A DNA stretch of 54,063 bases from Prorocentrum cordatum (Eukaryota): assembly GCA_963575745.1 (NCBI GenBank), contig CAUYUJ010000267.1, forward strand, positions 62,001 to 116,063, written 5' to 3'. Under the pieces are notes generated by a model. The model had not been told where the DNA came from. It searched no databases and saw nothing but the letters and a program-made list of their open reading frames with translations. Made by a program: the position numbers and the translations under genes. Positions 1 to 11,482 of this stretch are shown here, one piece after another; position 1 is the stretch's first letter, and the number at the start of each line of letters is the position of its first letter.

Positions 1-19
1 TATTTCTACACATTTCAAT

Positions 20-260
20 CGAGGGAGAGAGAGAGAGAGAGAGAGAGAAAAAAAAAGAGAGAGAGAGAGAGAGAGAAACAGACAGACAGAGAGAGAAAGA
101 GAGAGAGAGAGAAAGAGAAAAAAAAACAACAAAAACACACACTGACACACAGACGCACAGACACACAGACACACAGACACACATACAGACACGCACGCGC
201 ACACGCACACACACACGCACATGCACACGCACACACAATCCCAAAAAACACAGAAACCAA
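20..260 (+). repeat. (GA)n/(CA)n compound microsatellite
   Basis: Direct reading. Confidence 0.95.
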
Positions 261-1539
261 ACAAAAGGGGCGAAGCAAGGCGAGGAACATCGGGGAGAGG
301 AGGCGGTCGGAGGTCCGGGGAGGCGGCTGTCCCGACTGCGCACAGCGGGCCGGTGCGAGGGCAGCGCCGGGATACGATTGGCTCAGATTGCGTTATGGAA
401 GTTCTGGAAATTGGGGAAATTCTGGAAGTTCTGGGTTTTGTATCGGCGTTGGGCCGTCCGTGCTGGGCCCGTCGTCGCCAGGCACGCGGGGGATGCAAAA
501 CCTCGGGGTCTTGGAGCGCACGGTCAGGTCTTAGCTCAGGTCCCCGTGCGCTCAGGTCTTAGCTGAGCACGAGCACCGGGGATGTGTTGCATGAGGGCAA
601 TGGAAACGGCAGAAATCACAATGGCCAGCAAATCCAGCGGAATTAGGACACACGGGGGACAAAAAAGGAGCGGGCGAGGGGGGGACCTCCAGGGCGAAAG
701 CAAAAAGGAAGGAGGGAAGCGGGAGGGAAGCAGGGCGGCTGGGGACAAGGAGGGAACACAGGGGAGGAACAAGAACGACACGTACTCAGCTGACAACTGT
801 GCCATCCCAAAAGCATGTGATCATACGAAGCGAAAAAATTATGGTTGCGGCCCCCATCGCCCGTCGCGGCGGGATGACGCCGAAACCGCATCCTGAAAAA
901 AGATACGGCGACGCCCCGCCCTCGAAAACACGATCGGTAACGGAAGGAATGGAATGGAATGGGCTCTATCGCGGTGCGATATTCACTAGATGCCACCCCC
1001 TGAACATGTCGAAATGCCCGACGAACTGGAAGGCGACGAAGAACGGTCCTCCCCTGATCACCCCGAGCGGCACGACAACAAGGAAGTGCATCATGGCGAA
1101 CTTAACCAGGGAGGCCCGAAGCAGTAGGACTGGGAGCTGAAAGAGCCTGAGGTTGACGAACAAAGACGACCAAGCCCCAGATGGATTCCTCACCCCACCA
1201 GGATACTGAAGCAAACTTGGCTGAAATGAAATCGGCTCGATACGGCTCTACTGTGTCACAGATAACCGAGCAACCTTTCACGCATGTCATCCAGATCGCC
1301 TCCTCCACACACAGCCTCGTAAGACAGCTACCGAAGTGTTGCTTCTTCCCTCTTGCACCCAAACCAGTACCTCGGGGAATATACACACAAAAATAAACGA
1401 GAGAACGTAGACACTGTGCAGACGTCCTGCGAATGAGAAAAACAGCCTTGGCCCAAGCACAAACTCAGCTGGTCCATTACGGCACTGCAAGAGAGGGCAT
1501 GCCGACGGACCGCTGCTATTGAGCTTTGCTCCATTACGG

Positions 1540-2560
1540 GTAGCTGCCACTGCCCGCAATGCCTGAGTTCTCGCACCTGCTGATCACGGCACTGTAGCTG
1601 ATAACGGTCGGGCTAACATCGCCTCCCACATCGAGCCACGCTCCGCCAGGATTAGCTGCCACTGCACGCCGTTCTCGCACGTGCTTGACCCAAGATCGAG
1701 ACTCAGCGGGTCCATTACGGCACTGCAGGGGAGGATGCGCCGACGGACCGCTCGCACTGATCCTCGCACCGATACTGGTAGCTACCGCTGTCCGCCGCTG
1801 CCTGCTTTCTCGCACCACATCTGCACGATAACGTGCACTGTGGTTTTTTCGAGGATGCCGCAGCAGCGCCTCGAGGCCACCACCTTCCCTGTTGGTTTTC
1901 GAGGATGCCAATGGCAGCGCCTCGGGGCCTCCACCTTCCCTCTCTTCTGTCCGCGCTGCTCCCTGGCGCTGATACCCAGCGGGTGCATTGCGGCAACGCA
2001 GGAGAGGATGCGCCGACGGACCACTCTTGTTTAGCCAACACTATTACTGGGAACTGCCACTGCCAGCCACTGCCTGCCTTCTCGCACGCGCTGGCCCCGA
2101 CGATGTAGCTGATAACGGTTGGCCTAAGTTTGCCTTCCACCCCAAACCACGCACCGACTGAAAAAGCTCTTGCACGCCGTTCTCGCGCCTCCCAGGCCAC
2201 GCATTGACGCGGAAGCCGCAGAATCAACCTTGCGAACAGATTGAAAAACGAACTGGTATGCTGCAGCCACTGCCCTTTGCCACCGCTGGCCCATGGCAGC
2301 AATGAAAATAATAACATGCCGAGGGGCCGCGTCTTAGTCTCACATGCCTGCCTGCTGTCCCCAATCGTTCTTCTCGCACGCACTGAACCGAGCATTGTAG
2401 CTGATGAAGTTGGCTCCGCGACTACCCATCTAGCTTTGCAGCGAAAACCCGTTGCCTCTGATTGCTCGCCTCTCACGTGCTGGCGAAACCGTTGTAGCTG
2501 ATGACGGTCGGTGCGCACTTCAGCTCTCGCATGCCGTTCAACTGCCACTGAGCACCCGAC
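1540..2560 (-). pseudogene. Decayed pentatricopeptide-repeat (PPR) array
   Basis: Repeated PPR-like motifs PTVISYNGFAST*E, FISYNARFSACEK, PTVISYIVGASACEK..WQWQ, PTVISYSAVISRCE and CENGVQWQL, broken by stops and frameshifts. Confidence 0.75.
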
Positions 2561-3299
2561 CCCTGCACGCCAAACACGCATGCGCCGAGCCCAATGCTGT
2601 AAGAGAGAATGGCAGGATTCGACGCTCGAAGAAAGTGAACCAACCACAGGATGTAGAACCAAGAAGAACAAAATGGTAAGCATTCATAAAAACCTGGCTG
2701 AAGGGCTCAAGGCCCTGCCGGAGGTCTGAATACCCCTGGATGGCCGCCTGTTCGAAACTTTCGCCCCACTTCGTCGCCCAGAAAAAACGGCGCACGCGGT
2801 GCTGCAGCCTAGGCGCCCCTCACGCGCCAACGTGGAGGCGTGGGGCGTGACGTCGAAGCTGCGGAGGGAAAGGAATAGGGAAATAAGGATTGACATTTAT
2901 CAAGGAGGCCCTTGCGGCCGTCTGCACGCAGACGGACGTCAGGGCCCCAGATGTCTCGCGAGCGCCGCGCAGCCTCGAGCACGTCGCGCGGGCGCCGCGG
3001 CGACGAGGGAAGGGCCCCAAGGCAGCCCGAACAGGCATCCAGCCGACCCTGGCCTACCCCGAAGGCTAGCCAGGGGGGCGGAATCCATCCCCGCGGGGAC
3101 AAGAGCGGGCAAACCCAGCTGCCGCCAGCGGCCGCTCGACCCAGGCGGCGGCGGCCCCCAAAAACCGGGGGGGGGCACCGCGCCAAAATTTCGAGGCGCG
3201 CCAGCGGGATAGAGCACGGGCCCGCCCCCGCGCGGCGCGGCGGGCGGCCGGGCCGAGCACCCGAGGCTCATCTCCCGCGCTTCTAGGGGACAAAAAACA

Positions 3300-4790
3300 A
3301 CTACCTCGCTTTTGACCGCCCTCGCTTCCAAGACATACCAAGCGATGCCAAACTACGGCCTGTACTGGTCAGGCCGCTTGACGAGGAGGCGCGCGGCGTG
3401 ACTTGGTTTTGCCTGGAAGCGAAAGCGGGGTCGGCAATTCACGCTTTGCGCTTCGCCGCCCTGGCCTGCCTGGCCTTCGCGGCGAAGCGAGCCCTCCTCG
3501 CCGCATTCGCCGGCTCCGCGGCCACGCTGGCGAGCTGGGCCTCGCCCGGCAGGCGGCCCTCACTAGCCCAGGTCTGGCGCGCGTGCCCCCGCGCCACCGC
3601 GAGTCGCCCCGTCCCGCCAACGACTGCGCTCTCGTCGATCGGGCCGTCGGCGACGTCAGGGCCACGAAGCGTAAGAACGCCATCAGCATCGCCGTCGACT
3701 GCCGCGCCACGAACTTGGGGGGCCTCGTCGGCGAGCCGAGAGGCGCCCACATCGACCCCGCGAGCCCCGCCATGAACATCACCAAAAGAGAACACATCGC
3801 CAGCGCCGGTGGCGGCGGCGCCACGGACAGGGCGAGGGACCTCGGTGCCGCGGTGCGCGACGCTCTCCTCGTCGCCAGGACTCGCGCGGGGAACGCGGGC
3901 GGTGTCGCAAAGCTTGCCGAGGGAAGGCGCGAGCACGCGGGGCGTCGGCAGCGCCGCGTACTCCCGCGGCCCCACCCCCGGCGCCATCATCAGGCGCCCC
4001 CTGGGCGTTGGCGGCGCCGCGCGGAGGGGGGACATCGAGGCCGCCACTCCTCCGCGCCACCTCCGCCGCCGCTGTTCGCCCGCGGGCGACTGCGGCCCCG
4101 GGCGGGCTGTCGGCGCGAAATATACTCCGAGGAGCTTGCTCAGGCGGCGCACCGGGCGACGCGCGGCCGCGCAGGGCAACCGCGCGCCTCGCCAGCGGGG
4201 CCGCGTCCGCAGCCGAGCGCGCCGCGGGCAGCCGACGGCGCCGCGGCTGAACCGGCGCGCGCCTGCCGCCGCGCCGGCCGAAGGCCGGCGCGCCTCGCCC
4301 CGCTCTGCAAACGGTTGAGAGCGCGTTGACCTCGGCCGCGGCCAGCTGCGGGTGGCGGCGCGCCGAAGTGCGCCCGCCCGCCTGCAAGCCGCTCTCGAAC
4401 GCGTCCTGGAAGTCCGCCCCCAGGGCGGGCGTTGCCGGCGCCATTCGCTCCACGACCTCGGACTGCAGCGCGGGGCCCTGCTGCGCGGCCGACCTGTCCG
4501 ACGCCTCGGGCATAGACTCCAAAGCGCGCTGGGCCACCGCCAGGGCCGCAGCGTGGCCAACTGCCTAGGCATGGCGCCGCTCGGCCTGCAGCCCGATCGC
4601 CTGCTCCTCCAGCTCGGTGATCTTCTGGGGCGCCGCAGAAAGGCGGCCCGCGGCCGCCGCGGGGGCGGCGCCGCGCCCGGCGCGCATTGATGGCCACAGT
4701 GAGCCCGCGCCCGCCGCAGCCATCCCTAGGGGGACCATCGCCGCCGCGGCAGAAACCCAGCGCCGCCGCCCGCCCGGCGGCCAAGGGAAG
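3300..4790 (-). pseudogene. Intronless SL-headed retrocopy/retroposon with a disrupted Ala-rich ORF of unknown function
   Basis: Lies directly 3' of the SL relic. ATG at 4738 (GGCGATGG context) is in frame with ORF 4537..3779, with one in-frame TAG at 4567-4565 and probable frameshifts. The 3' boundary is approximate; no clear poly(A). Confidence 0.65.
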
Positions 4791-4812
4791 CACGAGCCAA
4801 AATGGCTACGGA
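4791..4812 (-). other. Relict dinoflagellate spliced leader (DinoSL)
   Basis: Minus strand reads TCCGTAGCCATTTTGGCTCGTG versus DinoSL DCCGTAGCCATTTTGGCTCAAG: 20/22 identical, 19 contiguous. Confidence 0.93.
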
Positions 4813-5299
4813 AGAGGAAGAGAAGGAGAGGACAAGGAATTACATCCGCAACATGGGGTTCAACGTCAAAGACCTACGCATGTACCTTGCGCGCTTCTGA
4901 CAAAATCGGTTGCGATTGGATGTGCGACGGCCCGGCCTTCTCACTGGGGCCGGCGGGGGGGGGCATGCCACTTTGCTCAAAGAGTGAGCTCCGAGGTGGC
5001 CCCGCAGGAGGAGGTTCGCTACCTTCCGATTGCAAGTCGATCCCTGCGGGCCAGCGAGTGGGGAGCGGCCGCTGGCCCGCCCGCGCGCCCGGGGGGAGGG
5101 GGCGCGCGGGATTAGCAGTGCGCCCGAGCAACGGGGGAGGAGACGACGACGCGACAACTCCAACAGGAGGAGGGGGGTGGGTCGGGTGGCCCGCGCTCCC
5201 AAACTATGGCTGGGTGACCTGGTTGCCCTACCGGTTGTATTATATTATCTCCTCCCCCGCTCGGCCCGCTGCTCTTTCGCCTCGATCTGGCCGATAGTT

Positions 5300-7800
5300 G
5301 CCCAATGCACTGTCGCATCTGTTCTCTGATACCCTGCTGTAGCATCCCACTGTTCCCTCTGGAAGCGCATGCGGGTTAGAGCATGCTGGTAGTCACACTG
5401 CGTTGTAGGCGGGGTCATCGAATGGACTTCGCGATGGTCGTTTCTCTCCCGTTCAACACCCTGCAGTAATGCACCTGTCGGCACTCGAAAAAATACTTCA
5501 CATTGTGATGGCAGTGCGAGCACTCCGTGACTGCCCATCCTGTTTGCCTAGAATGGCACACTGGAAAAAACCTCGCACAGGCAAATCTCGGCTGTCAGTG
5601 GGATCGCCCAGCTTGCCCAGAATACCCCTCCGAAAAAACCTCGCGAATGCCTCTCTTGGCTTTCCACTGGGCTCCAATGGTGCTCTCGCTGGCGGCCGCT
5701 GGAGGAGCTGGCCGTCGTCGTCTCCTCCGACTTGGGGTTGCCGAGCTTTTCCTCGAAGATCTCGGTGCCATCCAGCAGGGTCGGCGTGCTGTTTCGTAGC
5801 TCCTGGCGCTCGTTGAGCCTCTTGACGTCCTCTGGGTCGAGATTGTCCTCGTTGCTCAACTCCTTTAAGGCGACCATCATGACTTCGCATAGCTTATCTT
5901 CGTCGTTCTTCGATACCCCCAGCGACAGCTTGCACCTGCTCTGCACAATACAGGCCTTCCTCCTTGCCCGTTCCACGGATCACCTTACGGAATGATCGCG
6001 CCCTTTGACCTTGTGCGTCGCCGGGGGGGGGCGCGGGGGCCAGCTCAAAATACCGGCGTCGTAGAATGGGCAGAGGCACTTCTTGATGGCGTCGTCCAGC
6101 TGCTGCGGCAGCCTTTCCGCAGCGACCGCCCCCCGCCCATTTCCCGCCTTGAGCTCCACCGCCATTGACTGCCCGCTTTTGCACCGGATGCCTGGCCGCC
6201 CCTTGCAGTCGTCGCCGAGCGTGCCATTCGTCTTGTCCACCCACTCTTTCATGGGCTCATCTGCGGGGTGGCTCTCCTGCGCCTTGACGAGCTGTGACCA
6301 GTCCACCCTGCGCAAGGACTGCCGCGCGCCCCCTCTCGCGTAGGGGCTGGGGCCCCTTCCGCCGCAACTTGTTTGGGCAGGCAAGCCCGCGCGCGCAGGC
6401 ACCGCCCCTCTTTGCGCCCCGACCGGCGCCTCTTTGCACGCATTGAACAGCTGCGCGCCGTCGCCCCACTCGCCCGCGAAGTCCAGCGCCGCGAGGTACG
6501 CCGACTGTTGTTCTGCCATGTTCTTCGCCGTCTTGTAGACGCCCTTCGCGTGCAGCTCGTTCTCTTTCCCATCGAACTCTTGGTTTGCCGCTTTCTGTGC
6601 ATCTTCGTCATTGATGTCCATGGCCATGAGCCTGTTGAGCAGGATGTCGCATTCCTCTGCGCAGCGTAGAGCTTCTGTCATGCTTTCTCCTGCGCTGCTA
6701 AAGGCTGCAAAGATGCAACCGTTGATTTCAATATCCTCCAGCTGCGCCTTTGCCATCTCCTCTACCTTCTCGCGGGCCGACTGGCCCCTTGCAGTGCAAG
6801 GCTTTTCTATGGGTCCTCTTCTTCCGCCAAGAGCGCTTGCGCTGCTTTGACCTGCCCCATGGCCTGGGACACCCGCGCGGCCCCCGTTGTTTTCGCCCCC
6901 TTGTCTCGGCCGACCTGCTCTGTCGAACAAACTCTCCTCCATGCAGAGTCTTTTCACCGTCGCCCCATTATTCCCACTCCTCCTGCCTCAGCTCCAGCTC
7001 GCAGTCGACGCGCGCTCTCTTCCGTTGACGGCCATTACCTCCTTGCTCTTTTTTTCACGGCCGGGTCATTTACTTGCCCCCCCCCCCCACGTGGCCCTCG
7101 ATCTTCTCGTATTGCCCGAGCCCTGTTTGGCGCTGCCCGCGGGGCCATGGCCGGCTGCTGCCCGCGATGGACATGGGCGGCCCCCCCGCGCCGCGCGCTC
7201 CGAGCGACCCCGCAAGTGCGCAACAGTGCGCGCCTGGGCCGTCGTTGAGCCAGATCAGCTGCGGGATCCGAATATGAGCGATAGATTTGGCGGTGGTTCC
7301 CCATCTGCCTCGTTAATCGCGCGGCGCCGTGCATGCTGGCCCCATTTTCCCCCACTGGCCGCGACCCGTCTCTACGTTGTGCGCGCGCTGTGCAGCATGC
7401 GCAATGTCTCGCCCGCCAACCCCCCGTATCTGCAACGGAAAGAAGGAAGAACATAAACGACGTGTCGCCATGGTAGACGCTGTCGTTCACCGTCGACGAC
7501 GGGCGGACCGGCTGCTGCCAAGGAGGCTCATCCCCGGGGCATGTCCTTGCAACTCCGCCCCCCGTTCTTCTCGGAACTTTAGGGCCATCTCGTGCGCGCT
7601 GCCGCCTGGGGCAATGCGTCTGAGTATAGCGAGGCGTTCAACTTTCATGCTGATTGAACCCGCTATCCTTTCATCATGTGACAGGTGTCTCTTCCTCTTC
7701 GCCCGTGCGCTGTTGGGCGCGCCAGCTATGCCCGACTGCCTGGGGAGGGCGGGGCCCCCTGGGGCAACGCCCTCATTGCTCGATGCTGGCGCAATCGGAA
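5300..7800 (-). pseudogene. Decayed intronless coding remnant, probably from an unidentified mobile element
   Basis: ORFs 5980..6957 and 5548..5976 and segments near 7550-7700 have helical, charged, protein-like composition unlike the GC-artefact ORFs. The region lacks microsatellites. No domain recognised. Confidence 0.45.
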
Positions 7801-7821
7801 ATGCAATGTAAGTGCTAGTCG

Positions 7822-8880
7822 CTAGTCCGCGTCAGCCGCGGCCTCGCACTCTGCCCCGGGGTCTATGCACCCCGGGGCACTCTCGCGAACGCAACTGCCC
7901 CTCGCGTCCTCAGCGACGCCGCGCTCTGAGATAACCTCGCCGACGCAACAGCCCCTTTCCATCCTCAGCGGCGCCGGCGCTGCATCTCCCGCCCCGCCAT
8001 CCTGTCCAGCTCCGGCAGGGGCGCTGCCGACGGGGACATCATGCCTCCCACGTAGACGATCAGCATCCCCACTGCTATCCTCAGGTTGCGGCCCGCGAAC
8101 TGGCCCAGCTTCGCCGTGGCTTCTTCCTTCATGTCCTCCGGGGGCACCGCCCTGAAATTGGGGGACGCGTTGATGCCGATCTGGGCCTTGCCTGAGCCCT
8201 CCTCCCAGAACTCCTGCTCGTCGTCGTTCGGGCTCCTCTTCTTGTTGCTGCGAGCCTTTCAGCCCTCGCCGACCTTGCACATCTCGGTCGCCTTTGTGGA
8301 CATGGCATGGCTGTGCCCGCAGTTGTCCTCCACCGGCTTCTGGAAGTCGTTCAGGGCGTCCAGTGCCCGATCTATTGATGCTGACATTGCCGTTGGATCT
8401 GTTCTCTGCCAATGCGACGCCATCTCCTGGATGCCCTCCATGAGCGCCATCCCCGTGCGAATGCCTGGTGGTCCCATCTTGCGCCCCTTGCCCTTTTTCC
8501 TGACCTGGTCCCCGCAGTTCGGCCCGCTGCCAACGACTTCCGAAAAGACCTAGTGCGGACTGGCATGGGGTAGAAATCCGACGGCACGTGGTTCCCACTT
8601 CTGATCTCTGCTGCCAAGCGGAGGGCCAGACGCTGGAGTCCATTGATGCACCCTCTGAAGTCAAACTCCTCATAGTCATCCGCTGCATATGGCTGGCGGT
8701 GGGGTCTGCGCCCTCCTCCCCCACCTTTGCTGCGCCCTCCTGTCGCCGCGGCCGCGGCCGCTGGCGAGCTGCCCGCGGCCTCGGCGATTGCCAATCCTGT
8801 GTGCCACAGGTAGATTCCTTTTTCCCTTGCCGCCCCTGTGATGCTTCGGTTATCCTTCCGTCTCCGCGCTCTCTCCACCT
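7822..8880 (-). pseudogene. Decayed ORF of unknown function immediately 3' of the LINE zinc fingers
   Basis: Protein-like segments across frameshifts: LQRLALRLAAEIRSGNHVPSDFYPMP, DQVRKKGKGRKMGPPGIRTGMALMEGIQ, KLGQFAGRNLRIAVGMLIVYVGG. Confidence 0.5.
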
Positions 8881-8924
8881 TTGGGCGGGGGTAGCCCCCG
8901 CTGCGCCATCACCATCTTTCGCGC

Positions 8925-9915
8925 AGTGCGGACAAGGATGGTGGCAGCGCGCGCGAAGCTGAAAGCCTCCAAGGGATTGAAACCAAAAGCCGCAGAGGGT
9001 GCAGACAAGGGAAAGGGGCTCTTGGACTGGGTGATTCCAACAACGTCTCCTGCTGTAGCAAATCCTGTGGCTCCCAGCAGTCCACATGACATGGTCGGTC
9101 GTAACTTTCCTGACGCGGGAGAGCTCGGGCACCATGGGCATTGATTCGTTAACACCAAACTGGGGATCAGCGGGAGACAGTTGTGCACTACTCTCCCGTG
9201 CACTGCCAGCGCCGCCGCCGTAGTAAATTGAGTCCCGCGCACCTGCCCCACCGGTCCCAGTTCCCCAGATCGCGCCAAAACTGAACGACCAGTTAGCATC
9301 CCACCGTAATTTTTGATGCCATCGTATCGCAATTTTTTTCCCTGCGCGGCGTTGGATACTGGGGCCCTCCCGAACCCAAGCTTTCCGATCTCGTGTGCGC
9401 TTCTGGAATATTGAGATGTCTGGTTGCCTCCGCGGGTACCAGCCTGCGACGTCATCGATAACCTCCGCCAGCGCCTGCTATTTCCTGACCACCTGCTTTG
9501 CCCAGGGGGTAGATGCTTCGCATGCTCTTCTATTTTCCAAACTCCTGACTTGGCACAGGGTGTCCAACGTCGACGTGCCAACAACTGCTGCCAAGACACT
9601 GCCGCCGTCCTCTGGATATTTCGCCCAATGTCTGTACAACCGTAGCCTGCGGATCCTTCGCGCTGTTGTGAAGCGCGGTGTCCTGCTCGTTGGCGTAACA
9701 CCTCATCGTGCCATCTTCTTCTATCCAGCACAGCCTGCCTCCTGTCATTCTTCCCAATAGAAGCGCCATAATACTGTCGAGTGTTTTCTAGTGACCTGCA
9801 TCCCGCACACGTACCGCCAATCCACGAAGGCTTGTTCCCGAAACAAACGCATGGAACATGCCTTGCTGTGTCTTGTTGGTGGTATCAGAAGACCCGAAGC
9901 ATCCACACGGTCGGT
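8925..9915 (-). mobile_element. 5'-truncated non-LTR (LINE-like) ORF2 remnant: RT C-terminal region plus degenerate C2H2 zinc fingers
   Basis: Manual translation: MFHAFVSGTSLRGLAV...KTLDSIM (resembles the LINE post-RT segment), IRRLRLYRHWAKYPE..VLAAVVG, PWAKQ. Then fingers GQVRGTQFTTAAALAVHGRVVH, TNQCPWC..TDHV and CTLCGFWFQSLGGFQLRARCH with C2H2 spacing. Recognised by pattern only. Confidence 0.65.
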
Positions 9916-10669
9916 AGGAAGGGGAAGGCGAGGACGACGATGCGGAGAAGAAACATCCGGGGGCGCCTCAACATACAACCATCGGTGCTCATATCGGCCC
10001 CACTGTCTACCAACCGATATTGCTGTGTATGAAACCATCCCTGTATACATGTGCAGACATGTATGTATGTCTATATATATACAACTGCATACAACTTAAA
10101 AATGGATTGTACACCTATCGTATACATATACATATATATACATGTATATGTATATATATATATAGTAAGTGTATCCAACATGTCAGACGATATGTTCATA
10201 TAGGTTGGGTTTCGCCCGCCCCATGAAAAAAGGGGATACGGAAAACCGCTCGACGTTTAAAGTAAAACGGCTGCGGACATTGATGGGGATTTTGGGAAAT
10301 GCCGAAACCTCCATCGACCGACGGGTTTGTGCATATGAAAACGCATTATGTATAGATATGTAGGTTCACATGTAGATGTGAATATACAAACGGATTTGTG
10401 TGTACCTGTATATATACATATATATACACATTCATATACGCACCTCTCCGGGGGAGTAAGCAGAGGAGGTTAATGCGTACGCGCCGCGTCGTTCGCGATT
10501 GTTCTGGCCGTTTCGCTAGGGACATCCCCGAAATTCTGAAAATCGTCGGCACCCCTTTTACACAGATCGTGACGTCAGTGTCAAAAAAACACATGGGAAT
10601 TTCAACATTCTAACATGAAATCGCCAAAACCACATTGTCATATCAATGAGCTCGACCCCGATTCTCAGA

Positions 10670-11130
10670 GAATGGCGGTTTCGCCTGAGACATCCTCCCA
10701 AGATCGAGCCCCGACGTACCTTCTGGTACCCCAGACCCCGCCTCACCCCCGCGACTCTGGATTCCGAGATGCCCTGCCCCATGGTGGTCTGGCCATCTTC
10801 GCCTGCGACATCCTCGCAACTCTAAACCTCGGAGGTGTCCTGCCCCATGGAGGTCAGGCCACGTTCGCCATCCACGCAACTCTGGGTTCCGAGATGCCCT
10901 GAACTGAGGCGGTTCAGCCACTTCCGCCTGAGACATCTGCCCTATCCCGTGGTGGTGTGGCCATTCTCGCCGGGGACATCCTCGCAACTCTGGGTTCCAA
11001 GATGCTCTGAACTCAGGTGTTCAGGCCACTTTCGCCTGAGACATCCTCGCAACTCTGGGTTCCGAGAAGCACTGAGCTGAGGTGGTCAGGCCACTTTCGC
11101 CTGAGACATCCTCGCAACGCTGACCTCGGA
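10670..11130 (+). repeat. Degenerate minisatellite, unit up to ~65 bp, core TTCGCCTGAGACATCCTCGCAACTCTGGGTTCCGAGA
   Basis: About 7 variable copies; period 65 between 11031 and 11096. Confidence 0.85.
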
Positions 11131-11377
11131 GAGGCATTGCCCTCGTCGACCCTCCTGCTCGATCCCCAATCCTTTGGGAGGGGCTCTTACTCGATCTTCG
11201 ACTCTTCTGCGTTCACCTCCTGCCTCTTCCCCTTCTCTTAGGCACGCACTGGCGGCGCCGCCCCAGCTGACCCTTCTCCATCTCCGATCCCGCCGTCATG
11301 GTGTCTTCCTGCTTCAAACGCCCTTTTCAGTTTTTTTGTTTGTAAGAGCCTGGGCACACACGTTCCACTTGTAGATA

Positions 11378-11382
11378 TCCAT

Positions 11383-11414
<32 letters not shown>

Positions 11415-11482
11415 ATGAATATATGTGTATATACATTTATATATATATATGTGCGTATGTATATATACATATATATATGTAT
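11378..11482. repeat. (TA)n/(TATG)n microsatellite (similar at ~10040-10170, 10400-10440, 23935-23980, 36075-36200)
   Basis: Direct reading. Confidence 0.9.

Noticed and set aside
8940..8970. AG|GCTTTCAGC (AFSFAR) as the next Sec61 exon; likewise TTFEGT near 12190
   Set aside because: Neither continues as AFSPTT...EFEGA, and the first lies inside the zinc-finger frame of the LINE-like remnant.
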